A stretch of 64,000 nt of DNA, from NCBI GenBank assembly GCA_043803105.1, contig JAZDKJ010000006.1, positions 448,001 to 512,000 on the forward strand, in the 5' to 3' direction. The notes under the pieces are model-generated. The model searched no databases, was not told where the DNA came from, and saw only the letters and a program-made list of their open reading frames with translations. Position numbers and translations under genes: made by a program. Shown here in pieces: positions 7,847 through 17,841 of the stretch. Position 1 is the first letter of the stretch. Each line of letters starts with the position of its first letter. Origin of the DNA: Candidatus Woesearchaeota archaeon. Lineage in GTDB: Archaea > Nanobdellota > Nanobdellia > Woesearchaeales > JAZDKJ01.

Positions 7847-9148
7847 ATGGCTAAGATAAAATCTGTTAAGGCTCGTGAGGTTCTTGATTCTCGCGGTAAT
7901 CCGACTGTTGAGGTCCAATTGTTCTCAAAGGACAATTCTGCATCTGCAATTGTGCCTTCAGGCGCGAGCAAGGGTGCTCGCGAGGCTGTTGAGATAAGAG
8001 ATCATGATTCCAGGTTTCATGGCAATGGTGTCCGCAATGCAATCCAGCACATAAATGAGGTTATTGCTCCCAAGATAATCGGTTTGGATTGTGCTGACCA
8101 GGAAAAACTCGATAATCTGATGCTTGAGCTTGACGGAACTTCAAATAAGTCAAAGCTCGGCGCCAATGCAATCCTTGCTGTCAGCATGGCTAACTGCAGG
8201 CTTGCATCCCTTGAAAGAAAGCTTCCGCTCTATTCCCATATTGCATCGTTGTGCAATGAGACCCAATTTGTGCTGCCTGTTCCGTGCATGAACATCATCA
8301 ACGGCGGTGCCCACGCTGGCAATACGCTTAGCGTCCAGGAATTCATGATAATCCCTGTTGGGGCTCCAAGCTTTTGTGAGGCTGTCCGCATGTGTGTAGA
8401 AACTTATGACACACTAAAGCAGCTTCTGAGGCATATTTACAACAAGTCCGCAACCAATGTGGGTGATGAAGGCGGCTTTGCCCCTCCAATAAAGCGCACG
8501 CCTGATGCGATAAAACTCATCACTGGAGCAATCAAGGAGAACGGCTATGAAGGCAAGATCAAGATCGGGCTTGATGTTGCTTCAACGCAGCTGTTTGACC
8601 AAGGCTTCTATCACATTGACGGAGAAAAGCTTTCGCCAGAGCAGATGGTTTCCTTCTACGAGAATCTTTGTAAGCAATTTCCCATTGTTAGCATCGAAGA
8701 CCCTTTTGAAGAGGAATCTTTTGAGTCCTTTGCAAAGCTTACTAGTGCTATCGGCAATGATGTCCAGATTGTTGGCGACGACTTACTGGTGAGCAATGTT
8801 CTTCGGGTTCAAAAGGCTATCTCAGAGAAGGCAGGAAATGCTTTGCTTCTCAAGCCCAATCAGATAGGCACTGTTACTGAAGCTATAAGGGCAGCAAGGC
8901 TTGCCTCTTCGCATGATTTTGGTGTTATGGTCTCTCATCGAAGCGGAGATTCTGAGGACACATTCATTGCTGACCTTGCTGTGGGCATCTCTTCTGGCCA
9001 GATAAAGTCCGGCGCACCTTGCCGTTCAGAGAGGACTTCTAAATACAATCAGTTGTTGCGTATTGAGGAAGAGCTGGGTTCAAAAGCAATTTATGCTGGC
9101 AAGTTCTTCAGGAATCCGAGGATGGCTAAGTTGAAGTTTGAGGGATAA
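7847..9148 (+). CDS. eno: Enolase
   Basis: REVLDSRGNPTVEV, GANAILAVS, NVGDEGGFAP, SHRSGDSED, RTSKYNQLLRIEEEL. Confidence 0.98.
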   Translation: MAKIKSVKAREVLDSRGNPTVEVQLFSKDNSASAIVPSGASKGAREAVEIRDHDSRFHGNGVRNAIQHINEVIAPKIIGLDCADQEKLDNLMLELDGTSNKSKLGANAILAVSMANCRLASLERKLPLYSHIASLCNETQFVLPVPCMNIINGGAHAGNTLSVQEFMIIPVGAPSFCEAVRMCVETYDTLKQLLRHIYNKSATNVGDEGGFAPPIKRTPDAIKLITGAIKENGYEGKIKIGLDVASTQLFDQGFYHIDGEKLSPEQMVSFYENLCKQFPIVSIEDPFEEESFESFAKLTSAIGNDVQIVGDDLLVSNVLRVQKAISEKAGNALLLKPNQIGTVTEAIRAARLASSHDFGVMVSHRSGDSEDTFIADLAVGISSGQIKSGAPCRSERTSKYNQLLRIEEELGSKAIYAGKFFRNPRMAKLKFEG

Positions 9149-9240
9149 TAGCGAATCTCTTTAATTATTGAACAATTGTGAGATTCGCTAGAATAGCAAA
9201 TTGCATGCCAAAAAGTTCCATTATTTATACGATTTGCTAT
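9149..9240. terminator. Two tandem hairpins between convergent eno and gpmA (probable bidirectional terminator)
   Basis: TAGCGAATCTC/GAGATTCGCTA (9149-9190) and ATAGCAAAT/ATTTGCTAT (9193-9240). Confidence 0.5.
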
Positions 9241-9248
9241 AATATCTA

Positions 9249-9992
9249 TTATCTTGCTGCTTTTCCCTGTTGTTTTACACTGTTTATTGCAGCTTGCATC
9301 TCGGTATTACTAGCTAGATAATAATGTTTTACAGGTTTGAATCTCTTGTCAAATTCATAAACCAGCGGAATCCCAACAGGAATGTTTGTTTTCATTATTT
9401 GTTCATCACTCATCTCATCAAGGTATTTCATAAGGGCCCTAAGGCTGTTGCCATGCGCTGCAATCAAGATCTTTTTTCCACTTCTGAGTCCTGGTAAGAT
9501 CTCCTTTTTCCAGTAAGGCAAGAACCGTCTGACAACGTCCTTAAGGCTTTCTGCCCTAGGCGGATTTTTGATCTCCTTGTAGGCTGCTTTTTCTTTGGCG
9601 TATATCCTGCCATTCTTGTCAAGTGCTGGCGGTCTGACACTATAGCTTCTTCTCCATATCAGAACCTGCTTCTCTCCATATTTTGCCGCTGTTTCTGCCT
9701 TGTTTAAGCCTTGCAATGCTCCGTAATGCCTTTCGTTAAGTCGCCAGCTTTTTTTAATAGGTATTTTGTTGTGTTCCATCTCTTTTAGCGTTAAGTCAAG
9801 TGTATGCCTTGCCCTTTTCAGAGGTGATGCATATGCAATATCAAAGGTGAATCCTTTAGCCTTTAGTCTTCTGCCCGCTTCTTTTGCCTGCCGTATGCCT
9901 ACATTTGACAGTTCAACATCAGTCCATCCTGTGAACCTGTTTTCTTTATTCCACAGGCTTTCTCCATGTCTAAGAAGCACTAGTTTAATCAT
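9249..9992 (-). CDS. gpmA: 2,3-bisphosphoglycerate-dependent phosphoglycerate mutase
   Basis: LLRHGESLWNKENRFTGWTDV, WRLNERHYGALQGLNK, AAHGNSLRAL. Confidence 0.97.
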   Translation of the reverse strand: MIKLVLLRHGESLWNKENRFTGWTDVELSNVGIRQAKEAGRRLKAKGFTFDIAYASPLKRARHTLDLTLKEMEHNKIPIKKSWRLNERHYGALQGLNKAETAAKYGEKQVLIWRRSYSVRPPALDKNGRIYAKEKAAYKEIKNPPRAESLKDVVRRFLPYWKKEILPGLRSGKKILIAAHGNSLRALMKYLDEMSDEQIMKTNIPVGIPLVYEFDKRFKPVKHYYLASNTEMQAAINSVKQQGKAAR

Positions 9993-10027
9993 TCACTCTG
10001 TCTTCTATTCCCTTGTATAAATAGTTT

Positions 10028-10160
10028 GTCAAAAACCACCCTTCCCAGACTGGTGGCATGATTAGGGTGGTTTTTGACGCTCAGAATTCCATTGTTTTTG
10101 TGGTTTTTGAGCACACAGAATTCGGCCCAAACCACCAATGACAGACTGGTGGAATTCTGT
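10028..10160. repeat. Three adjacent inverted-repeat hairpins in the gpmA/nth divergent gap
   Basis: Perfect 15-bp stem GTCAAAAACCACCCT/AGGGTGGTTTTTGAC; GCTCAGAA/TTTTGAGC; ACAGAATTC/GAATTCTGT; direct repeat CAGACTGGTGG (10046, 10142). Confidence 0.65.
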
Positions 10161-10203
10161 TGTTTCAAAATGTTTTTATAGGCGGATTTTTTTGTTGGAA
10201 CAT

Positions 10204-10863
10204 ATGTACATTGAGAAGATAATATCCCTGTTGAAAAAAAGATATCCAACTACTTATTTGTCAAGAGTTGAGACTCCCTTCCGCGTTCTGATTTCCACAG
10301 TGCTTTCCCAGAGGACTCGCGACGAGAACACAGAGAAAGCGTCAAACCAGCTTTTCAAGGTTTACAAGACCAATTCAGCGCTTGCCAAAGCACCAGTCAA
10401 GAAAGTTGAGCGGCTGATTAAGCCTTCAGGCTTCTATAAAATAAAAGCTAAAAGGATTGTGGCCATAGCCAAAGATTTGGAGTTGCGTTTCAATGGTCAG
10501 GTTCCAGATAAGCTCGATGACCTTCTCTCGCTTTACGGTGTCGGCAGAAAAACAGCCAATTGCGTTCTTGTTTACGCTTTCAGGAAGCCAGCCATACCTG
10601 TCGACACACACGTGCACAGAATCTCCAACCTTATCGGCTGGGTTAAGACAAAGACTCCAGAGCAGACTGAATTAAGGCTTATGAAATTGATACCTCGTAA
10701 GTACTGGATTTTGTTGAACGAGCTCCTCGTTACTCACGGCCAGAATATCTGCATTCCAAGAAATCCCAGGTGCGAGACTTGTCCAATAAGCCCTTATTGT
10801 GATTATTGTAGAAAGAAGTTAATCCTTAGGCAAAAGCAAGTGCCAAGCTCCGTCTTTGAATGA
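10204..10863 (+). CDS. nth: Endonuclease III
   Basis: [10 protein letters not shown], Hh[23 protein letters not shown]-x6-C-x2-C-x5-C 4Fe-4S motif. Confidence 0.96.
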   Translation: MYIEKIISLLKKRYPTTYLSRVETPFRVLISTVLSQRTRDENTEKASNQLFKVYKTNSALAKAPVKKVERLIKPSGFYKIKAKRIVAIAKDLELRFNGQVPDKLDDLLSLYGVGRKTANCVLVYAFRKPAIPVDTHVHRISNLIGWVKTKTPEQTELRLMKLIPRKYWILLNELLVTHGQNICIPRNPRCETCPISPYCDYCRKKLILRQKQVPSSVFE

Positions 10864-11427
10864 CTCGATTCGCTTGTAAAGGAAGCTCTGCATGCCCATT
10901 TGTGACCCTGCCCTAAAATTCTCTTCCTGATCATCAAAGTACATTATCGTGTTGGGCTCTACTCCGGCTGTAGAGATGCATCTTTGGAAGAATTCTGCGG
11001 CTGGTTTTTTGCATCCAATCTCTGCCGAGGAAATTATTCCGTCAAGAAGCTTGCCAAAACCCATTTGGTTTCTGATATATTCCGTCCTGTACTTCTCATT
11101 GTTTGTCGCCAAATAGCACTTAATCCCGTTTTTCCTTATTGTTTGGACCATTTCCATTAGCTCTTTATTTACATGGCTTTCTGGCTCGAACCATTCCTTA
11201 AGGAATTTGTCGATTGTCCCTTTCCAGCCCCAGTCCTTAAGAAAGCCGGGCAGCACCTCACGCAGGTCTTTTTTGCCGATTTGGCAATCCTGGAAGACTC
11301 CTGTATAGAACGGGACGATTTTGGATGAAGGAATTCCATAATTCCTCTCAAGCCTTTGGCTAGAATTCAGTTGCGGCTTTTTGATAAGCACCCCATCAGC
11401 GTCAAACAATACAACCTTGGTTTCCAT
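10819..11427 (-). CDS. HAD-IA family hydrolase
   Basis: FDADGVL, ATNN, KKP, YFDD motifs. Confidence 0.9.
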   Translation of the reverse strand: METKVVLFDADGVLIKKPQLNSSQRLERNYGIPSSKIVPFYTGVFQDCQIGKKDLREVLPGFLKDWGWKGTIDKFLKEWFEPESHVNKELMEMVQTIRKNGIKCYLATNNEKYRTEYIRNQMGFGKLLDGIISSAEIGCKKPAAEFFQRCISTAGVEPNTIMYFDDQEENFRAGSQMGMQSFLYKRIESFKDGAWHLLLPKD

Positions 11428-11451
11428 GGTTGTAGAAATGCAGGATACCTT

Positions 11452-12192
11452 TTAAAGCTTCATGCCCAGGAATGGGTCTTTTGGCACTTGCTGTATTGAC
11501 TCGAGATACTCTCTAGAGCGTAGGCATTCAGCACTGGAAGTGTTCTCGATGATGTTCTTTACATCAGGTTTTGTTAGCCTTCCAATCACGCTCTTCCATT
11601 CAATTATTCCCAAGCCCAGGCTCATATGGCTGTCAATCTCCAATAGGTTATCGCTCAGGTGAAAATAGTATATCTGAAGCTCATGGCCAAGCTTCTGCTT
11701 AGTTAAAGCTCCGTGTCCAAAGTCATAGACTATACCTATTCCTTGTACCTCTTGCTTTATCCTTGCCAGGTCAGTTATAGTCCCTCCTACCCTAGAGTCA
11801 TGCGGCATGTTCTCAACCAGTATCTGCGGTCCTTTGCCCAGATACTTGCCAAGCAATGCTCCAAGTGATTTTATGAACTGCTGGAACCTGATCTCTTTCT
11901 GCTCTGATGTTTTATTCATCTTATCAGGATGCAATACATAATGAGTACATTCTAGTTCTATTGCTGCATCAAGCGATTCCTCAATCATCTGCATTCTGCT
12001 CAAGCCTTCAAAAGGACCGTGCATAGAATAATCTAGCTTTCTTGACTTTAGGTCCGCAATTGCCTCTTTGCTTACTGGATTCTGGAACATTAGCTCTATT
12101 GTGCTAAATCTTGCCTTCTGCAGTTCATCCACAACTGACCTTATGTCTTGGCCTGTAATCAGGCTGTAGTAAGTGCTTGCGCCTATTCTCAT
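11452..12192 (-). CDS. Sugar phosphate isomerase/epimerase (AP endonuclease 2 TIM barrel)
   Basis: SMHGP, VLHP, LVENMP, YDFGH, FHLSDN..DSHMSLGLG, IIE. Confidence 0.8.
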   Translation of the reverse strand: MRIGASTYYSLITGQDIRSVVDELQKARFSTIELMFQNPVSKEAIADLKSRKLDYSMHGPFEGLSRMQMIEESLDAAIELECTHYVLHPDKMNKTSEQKEIRFQQFIKSLGALLGKYLGKGPQILVENMPHDSRVGGTITDLARIKQEVQGIGIVYDFGHGALTKQKLGHELQIYYFHLSDNLLEIDSHMSLGLGIIEWKSVIGRLTKPDVKNIIENTSSAECLRSREYLESIQQVPKDPFLGMKL

Positions 12193-12289
12193 AGTTGAAG
12201 GCAAATCCTGATGCTTTTTTAAACCTTTACCACTAAGTTTTTTAAAGTTCTGATGTTATCCTGCTGCTATACAACACTATTAATCACAA

Positions 12290-12811
12290 ATGAAACTCGA
12301 ACAATTAGTCAGTGATTTGGACGCTGCCTTGAAATCTGGCTCTGTTCAAGGTGTCAAGAGTTTGGGCATCAATGACAACTACAGGATTTTGCTAAAGTCC
12401 GACTTCGATTTTATCCTGTCAAAGCTGCTTGAGGCTCGCTATGCCTTGAAGAGCATCCAACCAGGGAGGAATCAATACAATTATTTGTTGTTGCATCATT
12501 CCCTTCCTGTTCTGCTCGTTGCCTATAAGGGTGTCGCGACTGGAGACACCACCTTTCACTGCAGTGATGGATTGACCAAGGCAGAATCTTTTCACTTTAA
12601 CAAGCAGGTTAAAGACTTCAATGCAACATTGGTGTTTCATCCAAGTGAAGCCCTTGAGATTTCTGATGCCAGTTTTGTGAATGTTGGCAATTCTGTCCTT
12701 GAGGTTGCAAAACTGATAAGGGATAATTACATTCCAGCTTGTTTCCCGACTGCTTTTGCCAGCATGAAGGACTGTGATGTTTCAAAGATTGTCTACTATC
12801 CAGACTTGTAG
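12290..12811 (+). CDS. Hypothetical protein
   Basis: 173-aa ORF in an otherwise empty gap; no recognised motif. Confidence 0.55.
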   Translation: MKLEQLVSDLDAALKSGSVQGVKSLGINDNYRILLKSDFDFILSKLLEARYALKSIQPGRNQYNYLLLHHSLPVLLVAYKGVATGDTTFHCSDGLTKAESFHFNKQVKDFNATLVFHPSEALEISDASFVNVGNSVLEVAKLIRDNYIPACFPTAFASMKDCDVSKIVYYPDL

Positions 12812-13728
12812 AATTCTGCTGCTTTCTCTGGCGGCATGGAATTGATGATTATGTTTGAGAGGAACTCAAATCCTGCCCAGTTTGCGATCCTGGGCAACAA
12901 CTCGATGTGAAAGTGCAGGTCTGCTTTTTTTGGCGAGTAGTGCAGCACAAAATTATAGTCTGCCTGTATGCTCGCAAGCTTTGCCAATATCTTGTGGAGT
13001 AGCTCAGCGCATTCCTTAAACTCTTGCTCTGAGAATTCTGTTATGCTTTTCATGTGCTTTCTCGGCAGTATCCATGCCTCGTAATTGAATCTTGATGCAT
13101 AAGGCGCGATTGCCACAAATGAGGCATTCTCAAAGATAAACCTTGCTGACTGCTTTTCTTTCTTGATGATTTCGCAGTAAGGGCAGCTCTTGAATTTCCT
13201 TGCAGCCTTTACCTCATCAGTAACCAATGGTGGCACAAGGTTTAGGCTTACAACCTGCGTGTGCGTATGAATTATTGACGTGCCAGCTGCCTCGCCTTGG
13301 TTCTTGAATACCAAAACATATTTTGCCTCTTTTGACAATTCAACTATTCTGTTGCTGTAGACCTTTAATATCTTGGCCAGGTGGTCGACAGTAAGGTCTG
13401 CCAGCTGCTTGTCATGGTCAGGCGTCTCCGCTATTACCTCATGGCTTCCGTAAGCTGCACCATGCGTGAAGAACATGTCTTTCTCAATTTCAGGTTTTCC
13501 TTCCTTGCTTGATGCTGGAAACTTGTTCGGGAACCACCTTATTGTCCATTTGTCATTTTCTGCTAACCTTCCTATTTCTGGCGGGGTGTTCCCTTCATTT
13601 CCAGGACAAAAAAAGCATGTTCCTATTTCTTTTTGCTGCTTCACATCCTCAAACTGCTTTGGCCTTTTTGCCCTTGCCTCTGAAATTATGACCCATCTGT
13701 CAAGAATATAGTCTTTGCGAAGTTCCAT
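12796..13728 (-). CDS. galT: Galactose-1-phosphate uridylyltransferase (GalT/HIT family)
   Basis: ELRKDY..WVIISEARAKRP, CFFCPGNE, PNKFP, FKNQGEAAGTSIIHTHTQ (HxHxQ). Confidence 0.9.
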   Translation of the reverse strand: MELRKDYILDRWVIISEARAKRPKQFEDVKQQKEIGTCFFCPGNEGNTPPEIGRLAENDKWTIRWFPNKFPASSKEGKPEIEKDMFFTHGAAYGSHEVIAETPDHDKQLADLTVDHLAKILKVYSNRIVELSKEAKYVLVFKNQGEAAGTSIIHTHTQVVSLNLVPPLVTDEVKAARKFKSCPYCEIIKKEKQSARFIFENASFVAIAPYASRFNYEAWILPRKHMKSITEFSEQEFKECAELLHKILAKLASIQADYNFVLHYSPKKADLHFHIELLPRIANWAGFEFLSNIIINSMPPEKAAEFYKSG

Positions 13729-13749
13729 AACCTCAATTCCTTTCGGCCC

Positions 13750-14136
13750 TTATTTAAAAGTTTCGAAACTCTTTGTCATGAGGATTGGCTGAAGTTTTTT
13801 TACTGTGAAGATTAAGACAAGACTTGCTCCAATCATGTCAAAGATGAGGTCTACTATGCTTGCTGTCCTTCCAGGGACTATCATCTGGTGCACTTCGTCT
13901 GTGTACCCTACTAAAACTGTAAAGGTCATAGCCAAGAGGAACTTGTAACTATAGTCATAGAACACCCTCAGCATAAGTACTGAAAGCACAAAGAATTCTA
14001 TGATATGCAGTACATAACTCCCGTATCCTTCTGTCAGGATACTATTCCTCAATCTGAAAGAGGATAATATGAAGATAAGCAAAACATATGCCAAAAGTGG
14101 AAACCATTTTGCTAAGAACTTTATTTCTTTAACCAT
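13750..14136 (-). CDS. VanZ family membrane protein
   Basis: LIFILSS..LHIIEFFVL..GYTDEVHQMIVPGRTASIVDLIFDMIG. Confidence 0.88.
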   Translation of the reverse strand: MVKEIKFLAKWFPLLAYVLLIFILSSFRLRNSILTEGYGSYVLHIIEFFVLSVLMLRVFYDYSYKFLLAMTFTVLVGYTDEVHQMIVPGRTASIVDLIFDMIGASLVLIFTVKKLQPILMTKSFETFK

Positions 14137-15011
14137 TTTATGTACTCTGTCAATCCCTCTGCAATCTCTTTTTCCGGTATCCATCCCAGTTCTTTTCTTG
14201 CCTTTGAATAATCTCCGAGGCTGTGGAGTATGTCTCCTGCTCTCTCTTTTTCATGTTTGATTGCTGATTTCGATTGTGCATGTTTGAGTATTAAAGCTGC
14301 CAATTCGTTAATTGTCATTTTCTTGTTTGATGCTATGTTGTATATTCCGCTTCCTTTCTTCAAGACTAACAGGTTAGCCTTCGCAATGTCTCTCACATTG
14401 ACAAAATCCCTTGTCTGCTCTCCATCCCCGAAAATTGTTATCTCCTCGTTCTTTATCGCTTTGTTAACAAATATTGGTATTGCTGCAGCATAGCCTGTTT
14501 CTGGGTTTTGCCTTGGTCCGTATACATTGAAGTATCTGAATGCAACAAAAGGCTTCTTTGATTCGTTTAAAGCCTTTTCTGCCATTACCTTTGATTCTGC
14601 GTACGGTGACAATGGCTTTAATTCGCTGTCTTCTGTCATAGGCAGTTTCGGATTGTCTCCGTACACTGCGCATGAGCTAGAGAATATGATCTTCTGCACT
14701 TCTTTGAAGGCCTTTATTATGTTCTTCGTCCCGTCAAGGTTTATCTCAAAAGTCTCCTTCGGGTTTTCAACGCTTCTTGGCACACTTACCTGTGCAGCCA
14801 GGTGAAACACATAGTCTGCACCCTTTGCTGCTTCGCCCAGCACTGAGAGGTCTCTTATGTCTCCATTGACAAACCTTGCTTTCTTGTTGATGTTCTCCTT
14901 TTTGCCTGTGGAGAGGTTGTCATAAACTATTACTTCATGGCCTAGTTCTATGAGCCTGTCGACTATATGCGATCCTATGAATCCTGCTCCTCCGGTTACG
15001 ATGGTTTTCAT
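14121..15011 (-). CDS. NAD-dependent epimerase/dehydratase (UDP-glucose/GlcNAc 4-epimerase-like)
   Basis: VTGGAGFIGSH, HLAAQVSVPRS, SSSCAVYG, YAESK, RYFNVYGPRQ, GDGEQTRDFV. Confidence 0.93.
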   Translation of the reverse strand: MKTIVTGGAGFIGSHIVDRLIELGHEVIVYDNLSTGKKENINKKARFVNGDIRDLSVLGEAAKGADYVFHLAAQVSVPRSVENPKETFEINLDGTKNIIKAFKEVQKIIFSSSCAVYGDNPKLPMTEDSELKPLSPYAESKVMAEKALNESKKPFVAFRYFNVYGPRQNPETGYAAAIPIFVNKAIKNEEITIFGDGEQTRDFVNVRDIAKANLLVLKKGSGIYNIASNKKMTINELAALILKHAQSKSAIKHEKERAGDILHSLGDYSKARKELGWIPEKEIAEGLTEYIKWLKK

Positions 15012-15192
15012 TATCTTCCGTTAAACTGGCTTGCTTTAAAAACCTTGCTAGCTGCATTGCAAGTTTCAATTATATAATGGTTAAATACTATTTCCTTTCA
15101 ATAGTAGTGAAGACTCGAAAAACTTAAATACTGCCCAACCTTAGCTAATAAAAAACAGATTTAATAAAAAAGATTCATCGGGGGTGAATTAG

Positions 15193-15774
15193 ATGAAGTG
15201 TTTAGTTTTAGGATTGGTTCTGTTAGCTGCATTGGCTGTTTCGGCTTCAGCCGCGCCACTTTGGGCGGTTGGTGGCTTTCATCAATGCAACCCGTCAGGA
15301 AATTATGGCGGAGACAGCATTAATTGCTGGGTTGTCTGGGATGGAGTAAACCAGACTTGTACTGACGCTAACAAAGATGCAACAATAACCGTTGGTTCTG
15401 TTAATTTTGAGACCACATCAATTGAGATAGAGCACCTGAACGGAATAGCGAATACAATGGATGGTTTTGATGTCGTTGACTCACAGAACAACGTAATCTG
15501 CACATTCCCTGATACAGTTCCTCTGTCAACTGAGACTTGGGAGACTCTTGTATGCAATGGCTTGAGCCTGAATGGAGTGCAGACCCTGACAATACATCCG
15601 CTGGCAGCTTCTCCATGGGACAATGGCGGTGGACTTGATTGCGCTACCTACGGACAGGTTGCGATACGGGAAGTTGAGTTTTTCGGAAACCAGGTTCCTG
15701 AGTTCGGAACGATTGCAGCCATGGTTGCACTTGCGGGTGCGGTTACAGGATTTTTTGTATTAAAAAAGAAATAG
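15193..15774 (+). CDS. Secreted Cys-rich protein with PEF-CTERM sorting signal (1 of 5)
   Basis: Signal peptide; C-terminus VPEFGTIAAMVALAGAVTGFFVLKKK; RBS GGGGTGA. Confidence 0.88.
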   Translation: MKCLVLGLVLLAALAVSASAAPLWAVGGFHQCNPSGNYGGDSINCWVVWDGVNQTCTDANKDATITVGSVNFETTSIEIEHLNGIANTMDGFDVVDSQNNVICTFPDTVPLSTETWETLVCNGLSLNGVQTLTIHPLAASPWDNGGGLDCATYGQVAIREVEFFGNQVPEFGTIAAMVALAGAVTGFFVLKKK

Positions 15775-15828
15775 GTTTGGTAAAAGAGTGGTAGCAAAAA
15801 GAAGTGACTACAGCATTCGGAGGTAGTT

Positions 15829-16479
15829 ATGATGAGAAGTGTGTGTATCTTTTTGCTTGCGCTCTGCGCTCTTGTTGCAAGTGCAAGTGCGTTTTCAGAG
15901 TTAGATAGGTTTGACTTAGGCAACCTGACAAGCGAATTTGGCCATAATGTCAGTGGCTGGAGTTCGCCTGATTGGAATACTGCCGGTTGTTATGGTGGCG
16001 GTGATGACCAGACCTTCAGGACAGTCTTTCCAAGGTCTTCAGAATGTTTGACTGATGACAAGACTGCATATTTCAGTTTTGACACTGAAGGTTATGCGAA
16101 CGAGTTAAGGCTTCGCCACTTGCTTGGCAGTCAAAGCGACGCTTACTTGCTGTACATAAAGATCAACGGTGCGTGGGTCTTGCTCAACGCGAGCTCAAGC
16201 ACAAACCAGGTTTGCGGGGCATGCAACACTCAGGAGTGCTGGTACACTGATGCTTTCAGTTTCCCAGACCAGACAGGAAAAGTAGAGTTCAGGATTGTTG
16301 CTTTGAATGTTCCAGAGTCATGGTGCTCTGATTGGGGCCTTAATGCCTTCAGCTGGGCTCAATTGTGGGGAGCTCCAAGCAATGGCGGCTCGAACCCTGT
16401 TCCGGAATTTGGGACTATTGCAACAATGGTCGGCCTTGCTGGTGCAGTGACTGCATACTTTGTTATCAGAAAACAATAA
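15829..16479 (+). CDS. Secreted Cys-rich protein with PEF-CTERM sorting signal (2 of 5)
   Basis: Signal peptide; VPEFGTIATMVGLAGAVTAYFVIRKQ; RBS GGAGGT. Confidence 0.88.
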   Translation: MMRSVCIFLLALCALVASASAFSELDRFDLGNLTSEFGHNVSGWSSPDWNTAGCYGGGDDQTFRTVFPRSSECLTDDKTAYFSFDTEGYANELRLRHLLGSQSDAYLLYIKINGAWVLLNASSSTNQVCGACNTQECWYTDAFSFPDQTGKVEFRIVALNVPESWCSDWGLNAFSWAQLWGAPSNGGSNPVPEFGTIATMVGLAGAVTAYFVIRKQ

Positions 16480-16488
16480 GGTGCGTGG

Positions 16489-17841
16489 ATGAGAAAGGTT
16501 TTTTTGTTTTGTTTAGTTTTTGTTATTTTGGCCTCTTCTGCTTATGCAAATACTGTTGTGCTTTCCCCTGGTTCTGATATAGGCCAGGAATACATCTACA
16601 ATGATCCAAGCGGATATTCTGGTTCTGCTGTGTCCTTGACTTATGATGCTGTGATGGAGAATTTTCATGCTGTGTTCGATGGCTCTGGCCTTAAGCCAGG
16701 CTTCACTTACCAGGTAAAGCTGTTTGGTACGCCTACCTGTGCGGGAGGCAGTGATGCTACGAATGAGCGGATTGGTTTTGCAGGCAGGTGGTTTTGTCCG
16801 CTTTGCCCCGGTGATTCAAATGCAAAAAACAGGAACGATGCCCAGTACCTTGCAAACAAAGCCAAGAGTGATTCTGATCCAACCAAGGAATGCATCTATG
16901 GTTATCTTATTTTTAGCTATCTTACATCAAGCGGCACAATTTCTGACTTTGATGTTTCAGCAAACAGAAGCTATCACGTTTTGAGATGTGGTGCTTCTGA
17001 TTCCAAACTTTATCTTGTCAACAAGTCAGCTCCGCCATTTAGCACAAATGCACTCAAGTGTACCTTTCCAAAACTCTGCAATGCAGCTGATGTGGTTGGC
17101 GACCTCGAAAGGCCTTCCTTCAACTCACTTCCTTCAGGAGATTATCAAAATGTTCATATTGTGCTTACAGAAGAAAGCTTTCATCAGTCTTGCGGCACTT
17201 GGGCCAATGTCTTGGCTGGTGATCTAAGTTTTACTATACAACCGGCTGTTCCGCAGCCTGAGCCAGATCTCCTTGATGAGGTTAATATAGGAGACCTTTC
17301 CAGTGAGTCTGGCCATAATGTTACTGGCTGGAGCTCTCCTGATTGGAATACTGCCGGTTGTTATGGTGGCGGTGACGACCAGACCTTAAGGACTGTGCTT
17401 CCAAGGTCTCCTGAGTGCACCTCTGATGATAAGATTTCATATTTCACTTTGTCAACAGATAGCATTGCTGAACAGTTGAAATTGCGGCATCTCATAGGCA
17501 GTGAGAATGATGCTTATGAGCTCTATGTTAAGGAGAGTGGTTCCTGGGTTTTGCTAAGCCCTGTTTCCAGTTCTGACCAGGTTTGTGGTGAGTGCAATAG
17601 CCAGGAATGCTGGTATACTGATTTATTTAATGTGCCTAACTTGTCAGGCAAGATAGAATTCAAGGTTGTTGCCTTGACAATTCCGACTTCCTGGTGTGCT
17701 GATTGGGGTCTCAACGCCTTCAGCTGGGCTAAGCTCTTTGGGAGTGAAACACCTGGTCCTGTGCCTGAATTCGGCGCTTTCGGGATATTGTTTGCAGTTT
17801 TTGGAGGGGTAACAGGATTTTTTATCCTGAAAAAGAGATGA
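16489..17841 (+). CDS. Two-domain secreted protein with PEF-CTERM sorting signal (3 of 5)
   Basis: Signal peptide; C-terminal domain is a close paralog of 15829..16479; VPEFGAFGILFAVFGGVTGFFILKKR. Confidence 0.88.
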   Translation: MRKVFLFCLVFVILASSAYANTVVLSPGSDIGQEYIYNDPSGYSGSAVSLTYDAVMENFHAVFDGSGLKPGFTYQVKLFGTPTCAGGSDATNERIGFAGRWFCPLCPGDSNAKNRNDAQYLANKAKSDSDPTKECIYGYLIFSYLTSSGTISDFDVSANRSYHVLRCGASDSKLYLVNKSAPPFSTNALKCTFPKLCNAADVVGDLERPSFNSLPSGDYQNVHIVLTEESFHQSCGTWANVLAGDLSFTIQPAVPQPEPDLLDEVNIGDLSSESGHNVTGWSSPDWNTAGCYGGGDDQTLRTVLPRSPECTSDDKISYFTLSTDSIAEQLKLRHLIGSENDAYELYVKESGSWVLLSPVSSSDQVCGECNSQECWYTDLFNVPNLSGKIEFKVVALTIPTSWCADWGLNAFSWAKLFGSETPGPVPEFGAFGILFAVFGGVTGFFILKKR

